The translations under genes and the position numbers were made by a program. This document shows, one piece after another, positions 11,901 through 26,500 of a stretch of 64,000 nt of DNA. Below the pieces are notes generated by a model. That model did not search any database and was not told the origin of the DNA. It saw only the letters and a list, made by a program, of their open reading frames with translations. This DNA comes from Eledone cirrhosa. Lineage: Eukaryota. Numbering within the stretch: the stretch's first letter is position 1; each line of letters opens with the position of its first letter. The stretch lies in assembly GCA_964016885.1 (NCBI GenBank), contig OZ024740.1:304482001-304546000 (forward strand), written 5' to 3'.

Positions 11901-14900
11901 TGTCACTCATTGTTGACCTAAACAGCATCAACAACTACTACCACTACACCCATCTGTTCACTCATTGTTCACCTAAACAGCATCAATAACTACTACCACT
12001 ACACCCATCTGTTCACTCATTGTTTACCTAAACAGCATCAATAACTACTACCACTACACCCATCTGTTCACTCATGGTTGACCTAAACAGCATCAATAAC
12101 TACTACCACTACACCCATCTGTTCACTCATTGTTGACCTAAACAGCATCAATAACTACTACCACTACACCCATCTGTTCACTCATTGTTGACCTAAACAG
12201 CATCAATAACTACTACAACTACACCCATCTGTTCACTCATTGTTGACCTAAACAGCATCAATAACTACTACCACTACACCCATCTGTTCACTCATTGTTG
12301 ACCTAAACAGCATTAATAACTACTACCACTACACCCATCTGTTCACTCAGCGTTGACCTAAACAGCATCAATAACTACTACCACTACACCCATCTGTTCA
12401 CTCATTGTTGACCTAAACAGCATCAATAACTACTACAACTACACCCATCTGTTCACTCATTGTTGACCTAAACAGCATCAATAACTACTACCACTACACC
12501 CATCTGTTCACTCATTGTTGACCTAAACAGCATCAATAACTACTACCACTACACCCATCTGTTCACTCATTGTTGACCTAAATAGCATCAATAACTACTA
12601 CCACTACACCCATCTGTTGACTCATTGTTGAGCTAAATAGCATCAATAACTACTACCACTACACCCATCTGTTCACTCATTGTTGACCTAAACAGTATCA
12701 ATAACTACTACCACTACATCCATCAGTTCAATCATTGTTGACCTAAACAGCATCAATAACTACTACCACTACACCCATCTGTTGACTCATTGTTGACCTA
12801 AACAGCATCAATAACTACTACCACTACACCCATCTGTTCACTCAGCGTTGACCTAAACAGCATCAATAACTACTACCACTACACCCATCTGTTCACACAG
12901 CGTTGACCTAAACAGCATCAATAACTACTACCACTACACCCATCTGTTCACTCATTGTTGACCTAAACAGTATCAATAACTACTACCACTACATCCATCA
13001 GTTCACTCATTGTTGACCTAAACAGCATCAATAACTACTACCACTACACCCATCTGTTCACTCATTGTTGACCTAAACAGCATAAATAACTACTACCACT
13101 ACACCCATCTGTTCACTCAGCGTTGACCTAAACAGCATCAATAACTACTACCACTACACCCATCTGTTCACTCAGCGTTGACCTAAACAGCATCAATAAC
13201 TACTACCACTACACCCATCTGTTCACTCAGCGTTGACCTAAACAGCATCAATAACTGCTACCACTACACCCATCTGTCACTCATTGTTGACCTAAACAGC
13301 ATCAACAACTACTACCACTACACCCATCTGTTCACTCATTGTTCACCTAAACAGCATCAATAACTACTACCACTACACCCATCTGTTCACTCATTGTTTA
13401 CCTAAACAGCATCAATAACTACTACCACTACACCCATCTGTTCACTCATGGTTGACCTAAACAGCATCAATAACTACTACCACTACACCCATCTGTTCAC
13501 TCAGCGTTGACCTAAACAGCATCAATAACTACTACCACTATACCCATCTGTTCACTCATTGTTGACCTAAATAGCATCAATAACTACTACCACTACACCC
13601 ATCTGTTCACTCATTGTTGACCTAAATAGCATCAATAACTACTACCACTACACCCATCTGTTCACTCATTGTTGACCTAAATAGCATCAATAACTACTAC
13701 CACTACACCCATCTGTTGACTCATTGTTGAGCTAAATAGCATCAATAACTACTACCACTACACCCATCTGTTCACTCATTGTTGACCTAAACAGTATCAA
13801 TAACTACTACCACTACATCCATCAGTTCAATCATTGTTGACCTAAACAGCATCAATAACTACTACCACTACACCCATCTGTTGACTCATTGTTGACCTAA
13901 ACAGCATCAATAACTACTACCACTACACCCATCTGTTCACTCAGCGTTGACCTAAACAGCATCAATAACTACTACCACTACACCCATCTGTTCACTCATT
14001 GTTGACCTAAATAGCATCAATAACTACTACCACTACACCCATCTGTTGACTCATTGTTGAGCTAAATAGCATCAATAACTACTACCACTACACCCATCTG
14101 TTCACTCATTGTTGACCTAAACAGTATCAATAACTACTACCACTACACCCATCTGTTCACTCATTGTTGACCTAAACAGCATCAATAACTACTACCACTA
14201 CACCCATCTGTTCACTCAATGTTGACCTAAACAGCATCAATAACTACTACCACTACACCCATCTGTTCACTCATTGTTGACCTAAACAGCATCAATAACT
14301 GCTACCACTACACCCATCTGTTCACTCATTGTTGACCTAAACAGCATCAATAACTACTACCACTACACCCATCTGTTGACTCATTGTTGAGCTAAACAGC
14401 ATCAATAACTACTACCACTACACCCGTCTGTCACTCATTGTTGACCTAAACAGCATCAATAACTACTACCACTACACCCATCTGTTCACTCATTGTTGAC
14501 CTAAACAGCATCAATAACTACTACCACTACACCCGTCTGTCACTCATTGTTGACCTAAACAGCATCAATAACTACTACCACTACACCCATCTGTTCACTC
14601 ATTGTTGACCTAAACAGCATCAATAACTACTACCACTACACCCGTCTGTCACTCATTGTTGACCTAAACAGCATCAACAACTACTACCACTACACCCATC
14701 TGTTCACTCATTGTTGACCTAAACAGCATAAATAACTACTACCACTACACCCATCTGTTCACTCAGCGTTGACCTAAACAGCATCAATAACTACTACCAC
14801 TACACCCATCTGTTCACTCAGCGTTGACCTAAACAGCATCAATAACTGCTACCACTACACCCATCTGTCACTCATTGTTTACCTAAACAGCATCAATATC

Positions 14901-17500
14901 TACTACCACTACACCCATCTGTTCACTCATGGTTGACCTAAACAGCATCAATAACTAGTACCACTACACCCATCTGTTCACTCATTGTTGACCTAAACAG
15001 CATCAATAACTACTACCACTACACCCATCTGTTCACTCATTGTTAACCTAAACAGCATCAATAACTACTACCACTACACCCATCTGTTCACTCATTGTTG
15101 ACCTAAACAGCATCAATAACTACTACCACTACACCCATCTGTTCACTCAGCGTTGACCTAAACAGCATCAATAACTACTACCACTACACCCATCTGTTCA
15201 CTCAGCGTTGACCTAAACAGCATCAATAACTACTACCACTACACCCATCTGTTCACTCAGCGTTGACCTAAACAGCATCAATAACTGCTACCACTACACC
15301 CATCTGTCACTCATTGTTGACCTAAACAGCATCAACAACTACTACCACTACACCCATCTGTTCACTCATTGTTCACCTAAACAGCATCAATAACTACTAC
15401 CACTACACCCATCTGTTCACTCATTGTTTACCTAAACAGCATCAATAACTACTACCACTACACCCATCTGTTCACTCATGGTTGACCTAAACAGCATCAA
15501 TAACTACTACCACTACACCCATCTGTTCACTCATTGTTGACCTAAACAGCATCAATAACTACTACCACTACACCCATCTGTTCACTCATTGTTGACCTAA
15601 ACAGCATCAATAACTACTACAACTACACCCATCTGTTCACTCATTGTTGACCTAAACAGCATCAATAACTACTACCACTACACCCATCTGTTCACTCATT
15701 GTTGACCTAAACAGCATTAATAACTACTACCACTACACCCATCTGTTCACTCAGCGTTGACCTAAACAGCATCAATAACTACTACCACTACACCCATCTG
15801 TTCACTCATTGTTGACCTAAACAGCATCAATAACTACTACAACTACACCCATCTGTTCACTCATTGTTGACCTAAACAGCATCAATAACTACTACCACTA
15901 CACCCATCTGTTCACTCATTGTTGACCTAAACAGCATCAATAACTACTACCACTACACCCATCTGTTCACTCATTGTTGACCTAAATAGCATCAATAACT
16001 ACTACCACTACACCCATCTGTTGACTCATTGTTGAGCTAAATAGCATCAATAACTACTACCACTACACCCATCTGTTCACTCATTGTTGACCTAAACAGT
16101 ATCAATAACTACTACCACTACATCCATCAGTTCAATCATTGTTGACCTAAAAAGCATCAATAACTACTACCACTACACCCATCTGTTGACTCATTGTTGA
16201 CCTAAACAGCATCAATAACTACTACCACTACACCCATCTGTTCACTCAGCGTTGACCTAAACAGCATCAATAACTACTACCACTACACCCATCTGTTCAC
16301 ACAGCGTTGACCTAAACAGCATCAATAACTACTACCACTACACCCATCTGTTCACTCATTGTTGACCTAAACAGTATCAATAACTACTACCACTACATCC
16401 ATCAGTTCACTCATTGTTGACCTAAACAGCATCAATAACTACTACCACTACACCCATCTGTTCACTCATTGTTGACCTAAACAGCATAAATAACTACTAC
16501 CACTACACCCATCTGTTCACTCAGCGTTGACCTAAACAGCATCAATAACTACTACCACTACACCCATCTGTTCACTCAGCGTTGACCTAAACAGCATCAA
16601 TAACTACTACCACTACACCCATCTGTTCACTCAGCGTTGACCTAAACAGCATCAATAACTGCTACCACTACACCCATCTGTCACTCATTGTTGACCTAAA
16701 CAGCATCAACAACTACTACCACTACACCCATCTGTTCACTCATTGTTCACCTAAACAGCATCAATAACTACTACCACTACACCCATCTGTTCACTCATTG
16801 TTTACCTAAACAGCATCAATAACTACTACCACTACACCCATCTGTTCACTCATGGTTGACCTAAACAGCATCAATAACTACTACCACTACACCCATCTGT
16901 TCACTCAGCGTTGACCTAAACAGCATCAATAACTACTACCACTACACCCATCTGTTCACTCATTGTTGACCTAAATAGCATCAATAACTACTACCACTAC
17001 ACCCATCTGTTCACTCATTGTTGACCTAAATAGCATCAATAACTACTACCACTACACCCATCTGTTGACTCATTGTTGAGCTAAATAGCATCAATAACTA
17101 CTACCACTACACCCATCTGTTCACTCATTGTTGACCTAAACAGTATCAATAACTACTACCACTACATCCATCAGTTCAATCATTGTTGACCTAAACAGGA
17201 TCAATAACTACTACCACTACACCCATCTGTTCACTCATTGTTGACCTAAACAGCATCAATAACTACTACCACTACACCCATCTGTTCACTCAGCGTTGAC
17301 CTAAACAGCATCAATAACTACTACCACTACACCCATCTGTTCACTCATTGTTGACCTAAATAGCATCAATAACTACTACCACTACACCCATCTGTTGACT
17401 CATTGTTGAGCTAAATAGCATCAATAACTACTACCACTACACCCATCTGTTCACTCATTGTTGACCTAAACAGTATCAATAACTACTACCACTACATCCA
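6000..17500. repeat. higher-order block of ~3.4-3.7 kb present in three imperfect copies within the satellite
   Basis: Rare markers recur at constant offsets: CTACAACT variant at 8537/12217/15621; CACACAGCG near 9216/12896/16300; CTCAATGT near 6526/10098/14217; AGCATTTAAT near 7803/11484. Boundaries are approximate. Confidence 0.85.
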
Positions 17501-20500
17501 TCAGTTCACTCATTGTTGAATTAAACAGCATCAATAACTACTACCACTACACCCATCTGTTCACTCATTGTTGACCTAAACAGCATCAATAACTACTACC
17601 ACTACACCCATCTGTTCACTCATTGTTGACCTAAACAGTATCAATAACTACTACCACTACATCCATCAGTTCACTCATTGTTGAATTAAACAGCATCAAT
17701 AACTACTACCACTACACCCATCTGTTCACTCATTGTTGACCTAAACAGCATCAATAACTACTACCACTAAACCCATCTGTTCACTCATTGTTGACATAAA
17801 CAGCATCAATAACTACTACCACTACACCCATCTGTTCACTCATTGTTGACCTAAACAGTATCAATAACTACTACCACTACATCCATCAGTTCACTCATTG
17901 TTGACCTAAACAGCATCAATAACTACTACCACTACACCCATCTGTTCACTCATTGTTGACCTAAACAGCATCAATAACTACTACCACTACACCCATCTGT
18001 TCACTCAGCGTTGACCTAAACAGCATCAATAACTACTACCACTACACCCATCTGTTCACTTATTGTTGACCTAAACAGCATCAATAACTACTACCACTAC
18101 ACCCATCTGTTCACTCATTGTTGACCTAAACAGCATCAATAACTACTACCACTACACCCATCAGTTCACTCATTGTTGACCTAAACAGCTTCAATAACTG
18201 CTACCACTACACCCATCTGTTCACTCATTGTTGACCTAAACAGTATGAATGACTACTACCACTACACCCATCTGTTCACTCATTGTTGACCTAAACAGTA
18301 TCAATAACTACTACCACTACACCCATCTGTTCACTCAGCGTTGACCTAAACAGTATCAATAACTATTACCACTACACCCATCTGTTCACTCATTGATGAC
18401 CTAAACAGCATCAATAACTACTACCACTACACCCATCTGTTCACTCATTGATGACCTAAACAGCATCAATAACTACTACCACTACACCCATCTGTTCACT
18501 CATTGTTGACCTAAACAGCATCAATAACTACTACCACTACACCCATCTATTCACTCATTGTTGACCTAAACAGCATCAATAACTACTACCACTACACCCA
18601 TCTGTTCACTCATTGTTGACCTAAACAGCATCAATAACTACTACCACTACACCCATCTGTTCACTCATTGTTGACCTAAACAGCATCAATAACTGCTACC
18701 ACTACACCCATCTGTTCACTCATTGTTGACCTAAACAGTATCAATAACTATTACCACTACACCCATCTGTTCACTCATTGATGACCTAAACAGCATCAAT
18801 AACTACTACCACTACACCCATCTGTTCACTCATTGTTGACCTAAACAGCATCAATAACTACTACCACTACACCCATCTGTTCACTCATTGTTGACCTAAA
18901 CTGTATCAATAACTACTACCACTACACCCATCTGTTCACTCATTGTTGACCTAAACAGTATCAATAACTACTACCACTACACCCATCTGTTCACTCATTG
19001 TTGACCTAAACAGTATCAATAACTATTACCACTACACCCATCTGTTCACTCATTGTTGACCTAAACAGCATCAATAACTACTACCACTACACCCATCTGT
19101 TCACTCATTGTTGACCTAAACAGCATCAATAACTGCTACCACTACACCCATCTGTTCACTCATTGTTGACCTAAACAGCATCAATAACTACTACCACTAC
19201 ACCCATCTGTCCACTCATTGTTGACCTAAACAGCATCAATAACTGCTACCACTACACCCATCTGTTCACTCATTGTTGACCTAAACAGCATCAATAACTA
19301 CTACCACTACACCCATCTGTTCACTCATTGTTGACCTAAACAGCATCAATAACTACTACCACTACACCCATCTGTTCTCTCATTGTTGACCTAAACAGTA
19401 TCAATAACTACTACCACTACACCCATCTGTTCACTCATTGTTGACCTAAACAGCATCAATAACTGCTACCACTACACCCATCTGTTCACTCATTGTTGAC
19501 CTAAACAGCATCAATAACTACTACCACTACACCCATCTGTTCACTCATTGTTGACCTAAATAGCATCAATAACTACTACCACTACACCCATCTGTTGACT
19601 CATTGTTGAGCTAAATGGCATCAATATCTACTACCACTACACCCATCTGTTCACTCATTGTTGACCTAAACAGTATCAATAAATACTACCACTACATCCA
19701 TCAGTTCACTCATTGTTGACCTAAACAGCATCAATAACTACTACCACTACACCCATCTGTTCACTCATTGTTGACCTAAACAGCATCAACAACTACTACC
19801 ACTACACCCATCTGTTCACTCAGCGTTGACCTAAACAGCATCAATAACTACTACCACTACACCCATCTGTTCACTCATTGTTGACCTAAACAGCATCAAT
19901 AACTACTACCACTACACCCATCTGTTCACTCATTGTTGACCTAAACAGCATCAATAACTACTACCACTACACCCATCTGTTCACTCATTGTTGACCTAAA
20001 CAGCATCAATAACTACTACCACTACACCCATCTGTTCACTCAGCGTTGACCTAAACAGCATCAATAACTACTACCACTACACCCATCTGTTCACTCATTG
20101 TTGACCTAAATAGCATCAATAACTACTACCACTACACCCATCTGTTGACTCATTGTTGAGCTAAATAGTATCAATAACTACTACCACTACACCCATCTGT
20201 TCACTCATTGTTGACCTAAACAGTATCATTAACTACTACCACTACACCCATCTGTTCACTCATTGTTGACCTAAACAGCATCAATAACTACTACCACTAC
20301 ACCCATCTGTTCACTCATTGTTGACCTAAACAGCATCAATAACTACTACCACTACACCCATCTGTTCACTCAGCGTTGACCTAAACAGCATCAATAACTA
20401 CTACCACTACACCCATCTGTTCACTCATTGTTGACCTAAATAGCATCAATAACTACTACCACTACACCCATCTGTTCACTCATTGTTGACCTAAACAGCA

Positions 20501-23500
20501 TCAATAACTGCTACCACTACACCCATCTGTTGACTCATTGTTGAGCTAAACAGCATCAATAACTACTACCACTACACCCATCTGTTCACTCATTGTTGAC
20601 CTAAACAGCATCAATAACTACTACCACTACACCCATCTGTTCACTCAGCGTTGACCTAAACAGCATCAATAACTACTACCACTACACCCATCTGTTCACT
20701 CATTGTTGACCTAAACAGCATCAATAACTACTACCACTACACCCATCTGTTCACTCAGCGTTGACCTAAACAGCATCAATAACTACTACCACTACACCCA
20801 TCTGTTCACTCATTGTTGACCTAAATAGCATCAATAACTACTACCACTACACCCATCTGTTCACTCATTGTTGACCTAAACAGCATCAATAACTACTACC
20901 ACTACACCCATCTGTTCACTCAGCGTTGACCTAAACAGCATCAATAACTACTACCACTACACCCATCTGTTCACTCATTGTTGAGCTAAACAGCATCAAT
21001 AACTACTACCACTACACCCATCTGTTCACTCATTGTTGACCTAAACAGCATCAATAACTACTACCACTACACCCATCTGTTCACTCAGCGTTGACCTAAA
21101 CAGCATCAATAACTACTACCACTACACCCATCTGTTGACTCATTGTTGAGCTAAACAGCATCAATAACTACTACCACTACACCCATCTGTTCACTCATTG
21201 TTGACCTAAACAGCATCAATAACTACTACCACTACACCCATCTGTTCACTCAGCGTTGACCTAAACAGCATCAATAACTACTACCACTACACCCATCTGT
21301 TGACTCATTGTTGAGCTAAACAGCATCAATAACTACTACCACTACACCCATCTGTTCACTCATTGTTGACCTAAACAGCATCAATAACTACTACCACTAC
21401 ACCCATCTGTTCACTCAGCGTTGACCTAAACAGCATCAATAACTACTACCACTACACCCATCTGTTGACTCATTGTTGAGCTAAATAGCATCAATAACTA
21501 CTACCACTACACCCATCTGTTCACTCATTGTTGACCTAAACAGTATCAATAACTACTACCACTACACCCATCTGTCACTCATTGTTGACCTAAACAGTAT
21601 CAATAACTACTACCACTACACCCATCTGTTCACTCATTGTTGACCTAAACAGTATCAATAACTACTACCACTACACCCATCTGTTCACTCATTGTTGACC
21701 TAAACAGCATCAATAACTACTACCACTACACCCATCTGTTCACTCAGCGTTGACCTAAACAGCATCAATAACTACTACCACTACACCCATCTGTTCACTC
21801 AGCGTTGACCTAAACAGTATCAATAACTGCTACCACTACACCCATCTGTCACTCATTGTTGACCTAAACAGCATCAACAACTACTACCACTACACCCATC
21901 TGTTCACTCATTGTTCACCTAAACAGCATCAATAACTACTACCACTAGACCCATCTGTTCAATCATGGTTGACCTAAACAGCATCAATAACTACTACCAC
22001 TACACCCATCTGTTCACTCAGCGTTGACCTAAACAGTATCAATAACTGCTACCACTACACCCATCTGTCACTCATTGTTGACCTAAACAGCATCAACAAC
22101 TACTACCACTACACCCATCTGTTCACTCATTGTTCACCTAAACAGCATCAATAACTACTACCACTACATCCATCTGTTCAATCATGGTTGACCTAAACAG
22201 CATCAATAACTACTACCACTACATCCATCTGTTCAATCATTGTTGACCTAAACAGCATCAATAACTACTACCACTACACCCATCTGTCACTCATTGTTGA
22301 CCTAAACAGTATCAATAACTACTACCACTACACCCATCTGTTCAATCATGGTTGACCGAAACAGCATCAATAACTACTACCACTACACCCATCTGTTCAC
22401 TCATTGTTCACCTAAACAGCATCAATAACTACTACCACTACACTCATCTGTTCACTCATTGTTGACCTAAACAGCATCAATAACTGCTACCACTACACCC
22501 ATCTGTCACTCATTGTTGACCTAAACAGTATCAATAACTACTACCACTACACCCATCTGTTCACTCATTGTTGACCTAAACAGCATCAATAACTACTACC
22601 ACTACACCCATCTGTTCACTCATTGTTCACCTAAACAGCATCAATAACTACTACCACTACACCCATCTGTTCACTCATTGTTGACCTAAACAGCATCAAT
22701 AACTACTACCACTACACCCATCTGTTCACTCATTGTTGACCTAAACAGTATCAATAACTACTACCACTACACCCATCTGTTCAATCATGGTTGACCTAAA
22801 CAGCATCAATAACTACTACCACTACACCCATCTGTTCACTCATTGTTGACCTAAACAGCATCAATAACTACTACCACTACACCCATCTGTTCACTCATTG
22901 TTGACCTAAACAGCATCAATAACTACTACCACTACACCCATCTGTTCACTCAGCGTTGACCTAAACAGCATCAACAACTACTACCACTACACCCATCTGT
23001 TCACTCATTGTTGACCTAAACAGCATCAATAACTACTACCACTACACCCATCTGTTCACTCATTGTTGACCTAAACAGTATCAATAACTACTACCACTAC
23101 ATCCATCAGTTCACTCATTGTTGAATTAAACAGCATCAATAACTACTACCACTACACCCATCTGTTCACTCATTGTTGACCTAAACAGCATCAATAACTA
23201 CTACCACTACACCCATCTGTTCACTCATTGTTGACCTAAACAGCATCAATAACTACTACCACTACACCCATCTGTTCACTCATTGTTGACCTAAACAGTA
23301 TCAATAACTACTACCACTACATCCATCAGTTCACTCATTGTTGAATTAAACAGCATCAATAACTACTACCACTACACCCATCTGTTCACTCATTGTTGAC
23401 CTAAACAGCATCAATAACTACTACCACTACACCCATCTGTTCACTCATTGTTGACCTAAACAGTATCAATAACTACTACCACTACATCCATCAGTTCACT

Positions 23501-23569
23501 CATTGTTGAATTAAACAGCATCAATAACTACTACCACTACACCCATCTGTTCACTCATTGTTGACCTAA

Positions 23570-26500
23570 ACAGCATCAATAACTACTACCACTACACCCA
23601 TCTGTTCACTCATTGTTGACATAAACAGCATCAATAACTACTACCACTACACCCATCTGTTCACTCATTGTTGACCTAAACAGTATCAATAACTACTACC
23701 ACTACATCCATCAGTTCACTCATTGTTGACCTAAACAGCATCAATAACTACTACCACTACACCCATCTGTTCACTCATTGTTGACCTAAACAGCATCAAT
23801 AACTACTACCACTACACCCATCTGTTCACTCAGCGTTGACCTAAACAGCATCAATAACTACTACCACTACACCCATCTGTTGACTCATTGTTGAGCTAAA
23901 CAGCATCAATAACTACTACCACTACACCCATCTGTTCACTCATTGTTGACCTAAACAGCATCAATAACTACTACCACTACACCCATCTGTTCACTCAGCG
24001 TTGACCTAAACAGCATCAATAACTACTACCACTACACCCATCTGTTGACTCATTGTTGAGCTAAACAGCATCAATAACTACTACCACTACACCCATCTGT
24101 TCACTCATTGTTGACCTAAACAGCATCAATAACTACTACCACTACACCCATCTGTTCACTCAGCGTTGACCTAAACAGCATCAATAACTACTACCACTAC
24201 ACCCATCTGTTGACTCATTGTTGAGCTAAATAGCATCAATAACTACTACCACTACACCCATCTGTTCACTCATTGTTGACCTAAACAGTATCAATAACTA
24301 CTACCACTACACCCATCTGTCACTCATTGTTGACCTAAACAGTATCAATAACTACTACCACTACACCCATCTGTTCACTCATTGTTGACCTAAACAGTAT
24401 CAATAACTACTACCACTACACCCATCTGTTCACTCATTGTTGACCTAAACAGCATCAATAACTACTACCACTACACCCATCTGTTCACTCAGCGTTGACC
24501 TAAACAGCATCAATAACTACTACCACTACACCCATCTGTTCACTCAGCGTTGACCTAAACAGCATCAATAACTGCTACCACTACACCCATCTGTCACTCA
24601 TTGTTGACCTAAACAGCATCAACAACTACTACCACTACACCCATCTGTTCACTCATTGTTCACCTAAACAGCATCAATAACTACTACCACTAGACCCATC
24701 TGTTCAATCATGGTTGACCTAAACAGCATCAATAACTACTACCACTACACCCATCTGTCACTCATTGTTGACCTAAACAGTATCAATAACTACTACCACT
24801 ACACCCATCTGTTCAATCATGGTTGACCGAAACAGCATCAATAACTACTACCACTACACCCATCTGTTCACTCATTGTTCACCTAAACAGCATCAATAAC
24901 TACTACCACTACACTCATCTGTTCACTCATTGTTGACCTAAACAGCATCAATAACTGCTACCACTACACCCATCTGTCACTCATTGTTGACCTAAACAGT
25001 ATCAATAACTACTACCACTACACCCATCTGTTCACTCATTGTTGACCTAAACAGCATCAATAACTACTACCACTACACCCATCTGTTCACTCATTGTTCA
25101 CATAAACAGCATCAATAACTACTACCACTACACCCATCTGTTCACTCATTGTTGACCTAAACAGCATCAATAACTACTACCACTACACCCATCTGTTCAC
25201 TCATTGTTGACCTAAACAGTATCAATAACTACTACCACTACACCCATCTGTTCAATCATGGTTGACCTAAACAGCATCAATAACTACTACCACTACACCC
25301 ATCTGTTCACTCATTGTTGACCTAAACAGCATCAATAACTACTACCACTACACCCATCTGTTCACTCATTGTTGACCTAAACAGCATCAATAACTACTAC
25401 CACTACACCCATCTGTTCACTCATTGTTGACCTAAACAGCATCAATAACTACTACCACTACACCCATCTGTTCACTCATTGTTGACCTAAACAGCATCAA
25501 TAACTACTACCACTACACCCATCTGTTCACTCAGCGTTGACCTAAACAGCATCAACAACTACTACCACTACACCCATCTGTTCACTCATTGTTGACCTAA
25601 ACAGCATCAATAACTACTACCACTACACCCATCTGTTCACTCATTGTTGACCTAAACAGTATCAATAACTACTACCACTACATCCATCAGTTCACTCATT
25701 GTTGAATTAAACAGCATCAATAACTACTACCACTACACCCATCTGTTCACTCATTGTTGACCTAAACAGCATCAATAACTACTACCACTACACCCATCTG
25801 TTCACTCATTGTTGACCTAAACAACATCAATAACTACTACCACTACACCCATCTGTTCACTCATTGTTGACCTAAACAGTATCAATAACTACTACCACTA
25901 CATCCATCAGTTCACTCATTGTTGAATTAAACAGCATCAATAACTACTACCACTACACCCATCTGTTCACTCATTGTTGACCTAAACAGCATCAATAACT
26001 ACTACCACTACACCCATCTGTTCACTCATTGTTGACCTAAACAGTATCAATAACTACTACCACTACATCCATCAGTTCACTCATTGTTGAATTAAACAGC
26101 ATCAATAACTACTACCACTACACCCATCTGTTCACTCATTGTTGACCTAAACAGCATCAATAACTACTACCACTACACCCATCTGTTCACTCATTGTTGA
26201 CCTAAACAGTATCAATAACTACTACCACTACATCCATCAGTTCACTCATTGTTGAATTAAACAGCATCAATAACTACTACCACTACACCCATCTGTTCAC
26301 TCATTGTTGACATAAACAGCATCAATAACTACTACCACTACACCCATCTGTTCACTCATTGTTGACCTAAACAGTATCAATAACTACTACCACTACATCC
26401 ATCAGTTCACTCATTGTTGACCTAAACAGCATCAATAACTACTACCACTACACCCATCTGTTCACTCATTGTTGACCTAAACAGCATCAATAACTACTAC

